64,000 nucleotides of DNA from assembly GCA_902773635.1 (NCBI GenBank), contig CACYFH010000001.1, forward strand, positions 2,154 through 66,153. The letters are read 5' to 3'. Below the pieces are notes generated by a model, which was given only the letters and a program-made list of their open reading frames with translations, was not told the DNA's origin and made no database searches. The position numbers were made by a program, and so were the translations under genes. The stretch comes from an uncultured Ruminococcus sp. (lineage in GTDB: Bacteria; Bacillota; Clostridia; Oscillospirales; Acutalibacteraceae). Below, piece by piece: positions 9,688 through 19,040 of the stretch; the stretch's first letter is position 1; each line of letters starts with the position of its first letter.

Positions 9688-10065
9688 ATGACGTATGAAG
9701 AATGCGGCGCGATCCTCGACGAGATCGCCGATTCGCTCCCACCTGAGCTGTATCGGGAGCTCAACGGCGGGATCGTGCTGGAGGACGGCTTTCGCTATCA
9801 CTGGTACGCGCAGAATAACGACCTGTACATACTCGGCGTGTATGTGCGCGATAATCTCGGCAAGTCCATCAAGATCTACTACGGCAGTATCGTGCGCGTT
9901 TACCGCAACAAAACGCTCGACGAATACCGCGAGATTCTCAGAAGAATTCTCGTTCATGAGGTGCGCCACCATAACGAGTACCTTGCCGGAGCGGACGACC
10001 TCGAGTACTACGACGACGAGCAGATCAGCCGATATCTCGCCTCAAAGGGCTTTGAAATCAAATAA
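9688..10065 (+). CDS. Minimal zincin-like metallopeptidase
   Basis: HEVRHH (HExxH) motif; ILGVY..IKIYYGS pattern; small acidic protein. Confidence 0.7.
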   Translation: MTYEECGAILDEIADSLPPELYRELNGGIVLEDGFRYHWYAQNNDLYILGVYVRDNLGKSIKIYYGSIVRVYRNKTLDEYREILRRILVHEVRHHNEYLAGADDLEYYDDEQISRYLASKGFEIK

Positions 10066-10069
10066 TAAG

Positions 10070-10106
10070 AGCGCCGCTCCGTAGTCGTAGTATGGGGCGG
10101 CGCTTC
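10070..10106 (+). terminator. Hairpin ending the dnaG-rpoD operon
   Basis: AGCGCCGCTCCGTA / TATGGGGCGGCGCT stem. Confidence 0.55.
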
Positions 10107-10126
10107 ATTATGGTCTATGACACTTC

Positions 10127-10147
10127 GTAGGGGACGTCGCCCTCTAC
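10127..10147. repeat. Degenerate GTAG-type REP palindrome
   Basis: GTAGGGGACGTCGCCCTCTAC. Confidence 0.5.
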
Positions 10148-10180
10148 AAAGATAATCAACGTTTCATTGCTTTTGATATG

Positions 10181-10210
10181 AAAAAAGCCGGATACGCTGA
10201 CGTATCCGGC
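10181..10210 (-). terminator. Intrinsic terminator of flavodoxin operon
   Basis: GCCGGATACG-ctga-CGTATCCGGC stem preceded by A6 (U tract on the minus strand). Confidence 0.75.
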
Positions 10211-10230
10211 AGGTTATTTCAATGAGATGA

Positions 10231-10653
10231 TCAGGCGATCGCTTCTCCGAGCGCGCGGCACTGAGCGAGACCGTCGTCGTCGGGTTCCTCGTTGACGATC
10301 AGCGGCTCGGCGGCAAGCTCCGCGCCCGCATCCTTGCAGGTCGCTTCCCAGGAGCGCATCCATTCGCCGTCGCCCCAGCCGTAAGAGCCGAAGAGTGCGA
10401 TCTTCTTGCCGCTAAGAGCGGGGAGGACTGCGTCGAACATCGGCTGGAACTCGTCCTCCTCGAGCACCTCGTCGCCCATCGCGGGGCATCCGAAGGCGAT
10501 CGCGTCAAACGCAGCGACTTTGTCCGCGTCAAAATCAGCGGGGGAGAAGGTCTCGACCTCGGCGCCCTTCTCCTTTGCGCCTTCCGCAACGGCGTTCGCC
10601 ATCGCTTCGGTGTTGCCGGTTCCGCTCCAGAATACTACTGCTATTTTACTCAT
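10231..10653 (-). CDS. Short-chain flavodoxin
   Basis: SGTGNTEAMA FMN-binding loop; GCPAMG; FGSYGWGDGEWM. Confidence 0.95.
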   Translation of the reverse strand: MSKIAVVFWSGTGNTEAMANAVAEGAKEKGAEVETFSPADFDADKVAAFDAIAFGCPAMGDEVLEEDEFQPMFDAVLPALSGKKIALFGSYGWGDGEWMRSWEATCKDAGAELAAEPLIVNEEPDDDGLAQCRALGEAIA

Positions 10654-10679
10654 GATAAAACTCCTTTATAAAAATGTAT

Positions 10680-11234
10680 TTATGAGACCGCCACGACCAG
10701 CTTCTCAAAGGAAGCACAGCGGGCGTAGCTGCATTGGTAACAGCGGGTGCACTTCTTATACATGCGGAAGCGCTTCTCCGCTTCTTCTGCGTCGCCGTAG
10801 ACCTTCCATGTGCCGACGCACTTGGCGCACTGCGCCTTGTTCGCGATGAAGCCGTAGACGTCCACCGCGGGATAGCCGAGAAACAGCCCGACCTCATGCG
10901 GGAACTCTTCGGATTCGTTCACCCTGCGCTGTAATTCCATCAGGCATCGTGCGGGGTTATCCGTCGGATATCCGAGCTGGCTGAGGATCTCCTGTGCGAG
11001 AGGGTGGGCGAGATCTCTTCTGAGGAAGGAGGGCCGGTAGAGGTAGAGCAGCGCGCGCCTGCCGTCAAAGCTCAGCAGGATCAGTCTTGCGCGTCGGGGG
11101 ACGAGCGTGCGGTTGATCACGCGGATCTCGCCGATCAGTTGATCCTTATCGGCGCAGACATATCCGAACATGTTCGCGGTTTTCAGCCCTGCGAGCGACG
11201 GTGCGCTGCGGGCGATCACGGTATCTATCAGCAT
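10680..11234 (-). CDS. DUF3793 family protein
   Basis: APSLAGLKTANMF, FPHEVGLFLGYP..DVYGFI, C..G.WKVY; this family typically sits next to flavodoxin. Confidence 0.85.
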   Translation of the reverse strand: MLIDTVIARSAPSLAGLKTANMFGYVCADKDQLIGEIRVINRTLVPRRARLILLSFDGRRALLYLYRPSFLRRDLAHPLAQEILSQLGYPTDNPARCLMELQRRVNESEEFPHEVGLFLGYPAVDVYGFIANKAQCAKCVGTWKVYGDAEEAEKRFRMYKKCTRCYQCSYARCASFEKLVVAVS

Positions 11235-11255
11235 TTTGTGCTCCTTCCCGATACG

Positions 11256-11408
11256 GTTAGCGTATGCTTACCTTGGTTTAAAAGAAATAGTTAGCGTTGA
11301 CTAACTGATATTATGATATCAGCTTTTCTCCTTCTTGACAATATACATTATCACCAAAGTTCTATATATTATACGGTCATATTTCAGCAACAGTTAGCAA
11401 CAGCTAAC
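11256..11408. promoter_or_regulatory. Three GTTAG-N6-CT(A/T)AC palindromic operators plus minus-strand SigA promoter
   Basis: Sites at 11256-11271, 11290-11305 and 11393-11408; promoter TTGTCA (11341-11336)-17-TATCAT (11318-11313) on the minus strand. Confidence 0.75.
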
Positions 11409-11560
11409 CGATTGTGACTGTATCATTTTCAACGGATTTTGTTATAGAATGAACGTTTTTGAATAAATATCATGCAATTTCATAAAAATTTTCCTTTACT
11501 TTTTCGTTTTCGTGTGTTAAAATTGTAAAGCGTGATAATATCGTTTTAAAGGAGTTAGCT

Positions 11561-11857
11561 ATGTCTGCAAAACCGAATTCCGAATTTACGAAAGATTTAT
11601 ATAAAGCGATCCTGACCTTAGAGACTGAGGAGGAGTGCGAGGCGTTCTTCAAGGATCTGTGCACCATCCCTGAGCTCAAGGCGCTGTCCCAGCGCTTTGC
11701 GGTCGCGCTCATGCTGAACGACAACATGGTCTACAACAAGATCGTCGAGGCGACCGGCGCGTCCACCGCGACCATCAGCCGCGTGAAGCGTTCTCTCGAT
11801 TATGAGAACGCGGGCGGTTATAACCTCGCGTTCGAGCGCATGAAGAAGCAGTCATGA
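11561..11857 (+). CDS. YerC/YecD TrpR-like protein
   Basis: FFKDLCTIPELKALSQR..TGASTATISRVKRSL. Confidence 0.9.
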   Translation: MSAKPNSEFTKDLYKAILTLETEEECEAFFKDLCTIPELKALSQRFAVALMLNDNMVYNKIVEATGASTATISRVKRSLDYENAGGYNLAFERMKKQS

Positions 11858-12612
11858 ACGGCTATCACATCTTCTCCCAGTTTTACGACAACCTGACGTT
11901 CAATGTGGACTACAAGAAACGCGCTGATTATATTCAGAGCGTTTTCTCTTTATTCGGGCATGAATGGGGCTTGTCGCTCGACCTTGCGTGCGGGACAGGC
12001 TCGCTGACCGTGGAGCTGAAGAAAAGGGGCGTGGATATCTACGGTATCGACGGCTCCTACGACATGCTCTCTCAGGCGATGGACAAGGCGTATGACGCGG
12101 GGCTGGATATGCTCTTTCTGTGTCAGCAGATGGAGAGTATCGACCTCTACGGCACGATCGACACCTGTATCTGCACGCTCGACAGCCTGAACCACATCAC
12201 GGAGAAGCGGAAATTACAGCAGGTTTTCGACCGCGTGGCGCTTTTTATGAACGCGGGCGGTTTCTTCCTCTTTGACGTGAACACCGTCTATAAGCATCAG
12301 CATATTTTGGAGAACAACACCTTTGTTTATGATACGGGCGACGTGTATTGCGTGTGGCAAAATTCTCTCAGAGAAAATAATATCGTCAGCATCGGCTTGG
12401 ATATTTTTGAGAGAGAAGGGGAGACCTACCGCCGCCACAGCGAGCACTTCAAGGAGCGCGCGTATGAGATCGGGGAGCTGAGGGAGATGCTGGAGAAATC
12501 GGGCTTCACGGTGCGGGCTGTCTATAACGATATGAGCACCGACCCCCTGAGCGAGAACGCCGACCGCGCGATCTTCGTCGCGGAAATGGTCGAAGCGATC
12601 AACAGAGAATAG
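11854..12612 (+). CDS. Class I SAM-dependent methyltransferase
   Basis: LDLACGTG motif I; GIDGSYDML; DSLNH; ATGA overlap with the upstream gene. Confidence 0.9.
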   Translation: MNGYHIFSQFYDNLTFNVDYKKRADYIQSVFSLFGHEWGLSLDLACGTGSLTVELKKRGVDIYGIDGSYDMLSQAMDKAYDAGLDMLFLCQQMESIDLYGTIDTCICTLDSLNHITEKRKLQQVFDRVALFMNAGGFFLFDVNTVYKHQHILENNTFVYDTGDVYCVWQNSLRENNIVSIGLDIFEREGETYRRHSEHFKERAYEIGELREMLEKSGFTVRAVYNDMSTDPLSENADRAIFVAEMVEAINRE

Positions 12613-12622
12613 CAGTGATATG

Positions 12623-12731
12623 GTAGGGACGGTCATCGACCGTCCGCTTGCAAAAGCGCGGGCGTTTCTATCTTTGGTCTGATTTGTTATCAAAGCCCGG
12701 CATTCTGCGGATGACCAATGGTCATCCCTAC
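12623..12731. repeat. REPIN-like pair of inverted GTAG-type REPs
   Basis: GTAGGG-ACGGTC-atc-GACCGT-CCGC (12623-12647) and inverted GTAGGG-ATGACC-att-GGTCAT-CCGC (12731-12707). Confidence 0.8.
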
Positions 12732-12763
12732 ACTGTTTCATCAGAATACGGAAAGGAATTATC

Positions 12764-13639
12764 ATGGATAAGATCATCAGATGTATCACCTCGGACGGTG
12801 CGGTCATGGCTTCTGCCATCGACTCTACCGATATCGCATATATTGCCAGCAAAATACACAACACCAGCCCCGTCGCATCTGCGGCGCTGGGCAGGCTGCT
12901 GTCCGCGGCGTCCATCATGGGCGCTCAGCTCAAGTCCTCAAACGCGACCCTCAATATCCGCTTTGAGGGCGACGGCGCTCTCGGCGCTTTTATGGCTGTT
13001 GCGGATTCGAACGGCAACGTCAAGGGCTTCGTCACCAATCCCGACTGCCCGACCACGCACTATGAGAACGGCAAGCTGAACGTCGCTGAGGCTGTCGGCG
13101 CGGGCATCATCAGCGTGATGAAGGATTTCGGCGAGGGCGAGCCGTATATCGGTAAAATTCCGATCGTCTCCGGCGAGATCGCAGAGGATATCACTAACTA
13201 TTATGCGACGAGCGAGCAGATTCCCACCGTCTGCGCTCTCGGCGTGCTGATCGACAAGGAGAGTGCACAGGTGCTTCTGTCGGGAGGTCTCCTGATCCAG
13301 CTCCTGCCCGGCGCGGATGACAGCACGATCGACCGCATCGAAGCGAACGTCGGTAAGCTCGAATCCGTCACCACCATGCTCGCCAAGGGCATGACCGCGC
13401 TCGATATGTGCAAGAAGGCGCTCGACGGCTTTGAGGTCGAGGTGCTCGACGAGTTTGAGGTGAAGTATGTCTGCGGCTGCTCCAAGGAGAAGATCCGCAG
13501 CCTGATCGCCGCGATGCCTGAGGAGGAGATCCGCGCGATGATCGAGGAGGACGGCGGCGCTCAGGCGAGCTGTCGCTTCTGCAACAAGAAATATACATTT
13601 AGTGTTGACGAATTAGAAAATATCTTAAATAAAAAATAG
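12764..13639 (+). CDS. hslO: Hsp33 redox-regulated chaperone
   Basis: SGEIAEDITNYYATSEQIPT; GGLLIQLLPG; CGCS...CRFC Zn motif. Confidence 0.95.
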   Translation: MDKIIRCITSDGAVMASAIDSTDIAYIASKIHNTSPVASAALGRLLSAASIMGAQLKSSNATLNIRFEGDGALGAFMAVADSNGNVKGFVTNPDCPTTHYENGKLNVAEAVGAGIISVMKDFGEGEPYIGKIPIVSGEIAEDITNYYATSEQIPTVCALGVLIDKESAQVLLSGGLLIQLLPGADDSTIDRIEANVGKLESVTTMLAKGMTALDMCKKALDGFEVEVLDEFEVKYVCGCSKEKIRSLIAAMPEEEIRAMIEEDGGAQASCRFCNKKYTFSVDELENILNKK

Positions 13640-13659
13640 AAAAAACTTTCAAAAAACCC

Positions 13660-13688
13660 TTGACTTTTTCTCTTGGATGTAGTATTAT
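13660..13688 (+). promoter_or_regulatory. SigA promoter of tRNA operon with A-rich UP element
   Basis: TTGACT-17-TATTAT preceded by A tracts. Confidence 0.7.
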
Positions 13689-13720
13689 ATACAAGTCGCA
13701 AAGAGAGAGGCGAACGGTTA

Positions 13721-13796
13721 GGGAGCATAGCTCAGCTGGGAGAGCACCTGCCTTACAAGCAGGGGGTCACAGGTTCGAGCCCTGTTGTTCCCACCA
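13721..13796 (+). tRNA. tRNA-Val(TAC)
   Basis: Cloverleaf; anticodon loop CTTACAA; GGTTCGAG T arm; encoded CCA. Confidence 0.95.
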
Positions 13797-13801
13797 AACA
13801 C

Positions 13802-13878
13802 GGCCCGGTAGTTCAGTTGGTTAGAACGCTAGCCTGTCACGCTAGAGGTCGACGGTTCGAGCCCGTTCCGGGTCGCCA
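13802..13878 (+). tRNA. tRNA-Asp(GTC)
   Basis: Anticodon loop CTGTCAC; T arm GGTTCGAG; CCA. Confidence 0.95.
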
Positions 13879-13883
13879 CTTTT

Positions 13884-13959
13884 GCCTCTGTAGCTCAGTT
13901 GGTAGAGCAGGGGACTGAAAATCCCCGTGTCGATGGTTCGATTCCGTCCGGAGGCACCA
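13884..13959 (+). tRNA. tRNA-Phe(GAA)
   Basis: Anticodon loop CTGAAAA; CCA. Confidence 0.95.
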
Positions 13960-13965
13960 ATATTT

Positions 13966-14041
13966 GCGGATGTAGCTCATCTGGTAGAGCGCCACCTTGC
14001 CAAGGTGGAGGTAGCGGGTTCGAGCCCCGTCATCCGCTCCA
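13966..14041 (+). tRNA. tRNA-Gly(GCC)
   Basis: Anticodon loop TTGCCAA; CCA. Confidence 0.95.
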
Positions 14042-14127
14042 TAGACGTGAAAAGGACTTAACAAGTTTAAGTCCTTTTTCAATAAATATAGTTCTTGGCT
14101 GACGATTCGTCAACCATCAACAGTTTC

Positions 14128-14202
14128 GGCGACATAGCCAAGCGGTAAGGCACGAGTCTGCAAAACTCTGATTCCCCAGTTCGATTCTGGGTGTCGCCTC
14201 CA
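14128..14202 (+). tRNA. tRNA-Cys(GCA)
   Basis: Anticodon loop CTGCAAA; U73 discriminator; CCA. Confidence 0.93.
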
Positions 14203-14251
14203 ATTGCCCCACAGTTTTCTGTGGGGCTTCATTCTTACTATAGGTGATTTT

Positions 14252-14749
14252 GTGGAACCGCAAAAGATAATCCATCCCATCCCGCCGCTGTATGATGAAA
14301 ACTGCAAAATCCTGATTCTCGGCTCGTTTCCGTCGATCAAGTCCAGAGAAGCGATGTTCTTTTACGGTCATCCGCAGAACCGCTTCTGGGCGCTTTTGGC
14401 AAGGCTCTTTGATGAGCCTGTCCCGCAGAGCATAGGGGAGAAGCGGGAGCTCGCGCTTCGGCATCACATCGCGATGTGGGATTCCATCCATTCCTGCACC
14501 ATCGTCGGCTCGTCCGACAGCTCGGTCAGGGACGTCGTGCCGAACGATCTCTCCGTGATCCTTGATAACAGTAAGGTGGAGCGGATCTTTTGCAACGGCG
14601 CATTATCGCATAAAATGTATATGAAATATATCTTTCCGACGACCGGGATCGAGGCGGTTAAGCTGCCCTCCACTAGCCCCGCGAATGCCGCCTTCAGCAT
14701 GGACAGGCTCATGCAGGCGTGGCGTGTGATTACAGAAAGGGAGTCATGA
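14252..14749 (+). CDS. DNA-deoxyinosine (hypoxanthine) glycosylase, UDG superfamily
   Basis: ILILGSFPS..FFYGHPQNRFW; LPSTSPANA; GTG start after AGGTGA. Confidence 0.85.
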   Translation: MEPQKIIHPIPPLYDENCKILILGSFPSIKSREAMFFYGHPQNRFWALLARLFDEPVPQSIGEKRELALRHHIAMWDSIHSCTIVGSSDSSVRDVVPNDLSVILDNSKVERIFCNGALSHKMYMKYIFPTTGIEAVKLPSTSPANAAFSMDRLMQAWRVITERES

Positions 14750-15408
14750 TGAAGTTTTTGAATAAGTGCAGAGAACCTGAAAAAATCGGCACGACCGGTC
14801 ATAAAGTTCTTATGTCCTGTATGATCTTTCTCCTCGGAGGCGTGCTCGGCGCGCTCTCCAAATGGCTGGATACGCTGCCCGTGAACGAGCTTCCGCGTTT
14901 TATGCGGAGCTGGGACCTCGCGAATGTTCTCGGTCAGGTGCCGATCTGGGCGCTGATCGCGCTGGCGGTCGCGGTGTTCAGCAAAAGCGCTCTGCGCGGA
15001 GCGATCAACGCGATGTGCTTCTTTGCGGGCGTGGTCGTATCTTACAGCCTGTGCTCGCTCTGGATCGCGGGCTTCATGCTTGACAGAAGCTACCTGACGG
15101 TATGGATCGTGCTGACGCTCGCCGCTTTTCCGCTGGGCTTCATCGTTTGGTATGCGAGGGGAAAGGGAGCGCCGGCGGTGATCGTATCGGCGCTGATCAT
15201 CGCGTACTTTATCCTACAAGCGTTCAGCTTTGACGCCGGTTTGAGCTATTTTGGGCTTGCCTGCGGCGCTTGGGGCGTCGTGTTCCTGGTCTTGGCGGTA
15301 CTGATCGTGTTTGTCGACCCGATGCAGACGCTGATCGCATTAGGCGCGGCGTTACCGCTGGCTTACCTGATCAGGCTGAGCGGTCTGTCGATCCCTTATG
15401 TGCTGTAA
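14746..15408 (+). CDS. Integral membrane protein (DUF6518-like)
   Basis: About 7 hydrophobic helices; SKWLD motif; ATGA overlap with the upstream gene. Confidence 0.6.
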   Translation: MMKFLNKCREPEKIGTTGHKVLMSCMIFLLGGVLGALSKWLDTLPVNELPRFMRSWDLANVLGQVPIWALIALAVAVFSKSALRGAINAMCFFAGVVVSYSLCSLWIAGFMLDRSYLTVWIVLTLAAFPLGFIVWYARGKGAPAVIVSALIIAYFILQAFSFDAGLSYFGLACGAWGVVFLVLAVLIVFVDPMQTLIALGAALPLAYLIRLSGLSIPYVL

Positions 15409-15441
15409 GAATTTCGGAGTGAAGGATTATAGCCTTTCGTC

Positions 15442-15470
15442 TTGACAAGCAAGCCGTTTTAGGCTACAAT
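15442..15470 (+). promoter_or_regulatory. SigA promoter for tRNA-Arg
   Basis: TTGACA-17-TACAAT. Confidence 0.8.
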
Positions 15471-15483
15471 AAATAGGCAAAAT

Positions 15484-15560
15484 GTCTCAGTAGCTCAGTA
15501 GGATAGAGCGTTCGCCTCCTAAGCGAAAGGTCGGGGGTTCGACTCCCTTCTGGGACGCCA
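15484..15560 (+). tRNA. tRNA-Arg(CCT)
   Basis: Anticodon loop CTCCTAA; D-loop A20; GGTTCGAC; CCA; followed by a terminator hairpin at 15561-15604. Confidence 0.93.
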
Positions 15561-15818
15561 AAAAGCACTGTTTATCTCATTTTTTGAGGTGAGCGGTGCT
15601 TTTCCTCTTTTTTGATCATTTCAAATGAAAAACGACGTTATGCAATTTTGACGTATGCAAACGCGGATTGTTCTGCTACAATATAAAAAATGCCTTGACT
15701 TGCGAAATTGGTATAACAGCTTTCGGCTGTTCGCTTGCACACAGACGGTTTCTTATGTATAATAAAAAGAAAGAATCGGCGATTCTCGTCATCAGTATGA
15801 AGGAAATGGTGTGAAGCT

Positions 15819-18800
15819 ATGGTAAAGCAAGTAAAAGGAAATCGTACGGTGACAATAGCCGTTATCGGAAGTGTCATCCTTGCCGTTATTCTTGTGCTGG
15901 GTACCGTATGGATGGGCTATAACGCAAAAAAAGACACGGAAGAAGCCGTCCGCTCTGTCAGTCTGCTATATTTGGACGAGCTTGCCGGGCGACGGGAACA
16001 AGTCGTTGAAAAGAATCTTCAGGAAAAAATACAGACCATACGCGCTGCGATTGAGCTGATGACGGAAGAGGACCTCAGCGACAAGGCGCATCTGGAGACT
16101 TATCAGTCGCGCATGAAGAAGCTTTATCATCTGGACAAGTTTGCGTTTGTGGATACCGAAGGACTGATCCTTACCTCCACGGGAATCGATAACAATATTG
16201 ATGAATATGACTTTGATTATAAGACGCTAAGCGAGCCGGATATCTCTATTCTCAATCCCGAAAGCAAGCAGAAGAGCGTGATCATCGCCGTGCCGATCAA
16301 CATCACATTTCAGGGCAAGAGACTGTCAGTATGCTTTATGTCCATCAATATGACCGAGATGCTCTCCGGAATTTCTATGACAACCAATACCGGCGACGCC
16401 ACCTTCTGCAACCTCTATACAATCAATGGCGCGGCACTCACGGACTCTGTCCTCGGCGGTCTCGCTATGGAAGACAATCTGCTGGAAGCGATGCGGACGG
16501 CGGTTTTTGAGGAGCCTTATTCATACGACGCTTTTGTACAGGGCTTTCAGTCGGGCAATCAAGGGGTCGTTTCGTTTACCTACAATGACATTCGCGAGAC
16601 CCTGACGTATATTCCGGTAAAGGGAACGGACTGGCAGCTGACTTATCTGATCCGTGAAAGCGTCATCAGCGAGCGTATCAGCTCTATCTCGGAGGGAACC
16701 GTAAGACGAAGCGTGATTCAATCCATTCTGACGGTTGCCGCCATGCTGTTGATGTTCGGCTTTATCATTTACCAGATCAAGCGGAACAGCCGCCTTATGC
16801 TGCAGCACGAAACGAAGGAGGCGGAGAGCCGCGTAAAACAAAAGGAGCTTGAACAGCGCCTTGAACTGCAGGAGCAAATCCTGGAGAAGGACCGCCGCCA
16901 GGAACAGCAAAGCAAAATGATCGCCGCGCTCGCTTCCGATTACTGGAGCGTGTACTATCTGGAGCTGGACAAGGACGAAGGCGTCTGTTATCAGTCTCAC
17001 GCCGATCTGGGCGAGTCCGGCTTAAGGGTCGGCGAACGCTTTAAGTATCTTTCGGCTGTGACCGCTTATGCCAAACGATATATAACAGAACAGTATCTCG
17101 ATGAGTTCCTGCGCTTTGTTCAACCGGAGTCAATTATAAACGGCTTAAAAAAACGCAACGTGATTTCCTACACCTATATGGTGAAGCGACAGGGAAAAGA
17201 GAGCTACGAAACGGTGCGCTTTGCAGGCGTGCGAAACAAATCGGACAAAGAAGGACAAGTCTCCTACAGCGTGGGAGCTTGCTTCGTAGACTCTGACGCC
17301 GAGACGCGAAGAGCCATGGAACAGCAGCAAGCGCTCAACGACGCGTTGTCTGCCGCTGAAGAAGCCAGCAAAGCAAAAACCGCGTTCCTGTCAAATATGA
17401 GTCATGAGATCCGCACCCCGATGAACGCCATCATCGGCTTAGACAGCATCGCGCTGAATGACCCGGATATCTCCGAGCGCACAAGAGAGTATTTGGAGAA
17501 AATCGGCTCTTCCGCCGAGCATTTGCTGGGTCTGATAAATGATATCCTGGATATGTCGCGTATCGAGTCGGGCCGACTCACGCTGAAAAATGAAGAATTC
17601 TCATTTCGAAAGCTACTGGATGCTGTCAACACCATGTTCCACAGTCAATGTCAGGATAAGGGACTGACATACAGGTTCAATATGACCCCTGATATCAATG
17701 AGTATTATATCGGCGATAACATGAAGCTCAGACAGATCCTGATCAATATTCTCGGCAACGCTGTGAAGTTCACCGATGAAGGAGGAGAGGTACAGCTTCA
17801 AATCGAATGCAAGGCTAAATTTGAAGGCAAATCCACCTTATGCTTCAAGATCTCCGACACCGGTATAGGCATCAGCGAGGATTATCTCCCCTATATCTAT
17901 GACGCTTTCTCACAGGAGGAGGATTCCTCTACAAACAAGTACGGCAGCTCGGGTCTCGGAATGGCGATCACCAAAAGCTTTGTTGAAATGATGAACGGCA
18001 ACATTTTGGTAGAAAGCGAAAAGGGCGTCGGTACGACCTTCACCGTCACGGTAACGCTCTCTGATTCCGACAGGACGGAAGAAGGAGATTTAGCAGACAG
18101 TATTCATCCCGAGGATATGACGGTTCTTATCGTGGATGACGATCCAATTGCCCGCGATCACGCTCAGCTGATATTAGAGAAGGTGGGAGTCATCACGGAA
18201 ACAGCCGAAAACGGGCTTCAGGCACTGGAGATGGTCAAACTGCGCCATGCTCGCAGAGAGCCGTACAACCTGATACTGGTGGACTGGAAGATGCCTGAAA
18301 TCGACGGCATTGAGACCACCCGCATGATTCGCGACGCCATAGGTCACGAGTCCGCTATCATCATTCTTACCGCCTATCGCTGGGATGACATTCTGGATGA
18401 GGCTGTACAGGCAGGTGTAGACAGCTTCCTGCCAAAGCCGCTCTTTGCCGCGGCAATCATGGACGAATTCAAAACCGCCGTGAAGAAAAAGAAGCTGTCG
18501 GAGCAGGACGGTCAGACTAAGACCGATCTCAGAGGAAGGCGCGTCCTGCTCGCGGAGGATATGGCGATCAACGCCGAGATCATGAAGATGGTGCTTGAAA
18601 TGCGCGAGATAAAGGCGGATCATGCCGTGAACGGAAGGATCGCTGTGGAGTTGTTTACATCACATCCCGAGGGCTACTACGACGCGATCCTAATGGATAT
18701 GCGTATGCCCGAGATGGACGGACTGGAGGCTACGCGCGCGATCCGCGCCTCAAACCGCGCTGACGCAAAAACCGTTCCGATAATCGCCCTGACCGCTAAC

Positions 18801-18911
18801 GCCTTTGACGAAGATGTACAGCGCAGTATGCAAGCGGGGCTGAACGCTCATCTGTCAAAGCCGGTACAGCCGGAAGTATTGTTCGAGACGCTTGAAAGCC
18901 TGATTAAGTAA
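15819..18911 (+). CDS. Hybrid sensor histidine kinase (Cache-like sensor, PAS-like, HisKA, HATPase, two receiver domains)
   Basis: Two TM segments; FLSNMSHEIRTPMNAI H-box; NAVKFT; DTGIG; GLG; REC motifs LILVDWKMP and ILMDMRMP. Confidence 0.93.
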   Translation: MVKQVKGNRTVTIAVIGSVILAVILVLGTVWMGYNAKKDTEEAVRSVSLLYLDELAGRREQVVEKNLQEKIQTIRAAIELMTEEDLSDKAHLETYQSRMKKLYHLDKFAFVDTEGLILTSTGIDNNIDEYDFDYKTLSEPDISILNPESKQKSVIIAVPINITFQGKRLSVCFMSINMTEMLSGISMTTNTGDATFCNLYTINGAALTDSVLGGLAMEDNLLEAMRTAVFEEPYSYDAFVQGFQSGNQGVVSFTYNDIRETLTYIPVKGTDWQLTYLIRESVISERISSISEGTVRRSVIQSILTVAAMLLMFGFIIYQIKRNSRLMLQHETKEAESRVKQKELEQRLELQEQILEKDRRQEQQSKMIAALASDYWSVYYLELDKDEGVCYQSHADLGESGLRVGERFKYLSAVTAYAKRYITEQYLDEFLRFVQPESIINGLKKRNVISYTYMVKRQGKESYETVRFAGVRNKSDKEGQVSYSVGACFVDSDAETRRAMEQQQALNDALSAAEEASKAKTAFLSNMSHEIRTPMNAIIGLDSIALNDPDISERTREYLEKIGSSAEHLLGLINDILDMSRIESGRLTLKNEEFSFRKLLDAVNTMFHSQCQDKGLTYRFNMTPDINEYYIGDNMKLRQILINILGNAVKFTDEGGEVQLQIECKAKFEGKSTLCFKISDTGIGISEDYLPYIYDAFSQEEDSSTNKYGSSGLGMAITKSFVEMMNGNILVESEKGVGTTFTVTVTLSDSDRTEEGDLADSIHPEDMTVLIVDDDPIARDHAQLILEKVGVITETAENGLQALEMVKLRHARREPYNLILVDWKMPEIDGIETTRMIRDAIGHESAIIILTAYRWDDILDEAVQAGVDSFLPKPLFAAAIMDEFKTAVKKKKLSEQDGQTKTDLRGRRVLLAEDMAINAEIMKMVLEMREIKADHAVNGRIAVELFTSHPEGYYDAILMDMRMPEMDGLEATRAIRASNRADAKTVPIIALTANAFDEDVQRSMQAGLNAHLSKPVQPEVLFETLESLIK

Positions 18912-18964
18912 TTGGTACAAGCCCATCAATCCTCTCGCATTTGCATCGCAGATTCCGATAAACT

Positions 18965-19000
18965 AAAAAGGCTGCCTTATCATAAGCAAGGCAGCCTTTT
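18965..19000. terminator. Bidirectional terminator
   Basis: AAAAGGCTGCCTT...AAGGCAGCCTTTT between convergent genes. Confidence 0.75.
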
Positions 19001-19040
19001 ACTGTTTGTGGTTCGGATGTCTACAGTCTCCCTGTCCTGA

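Noticed and set aside
13673-14340. ORFs overlapping the tRNA cluster
   Set aside because: Spurious frames across tRNA genes
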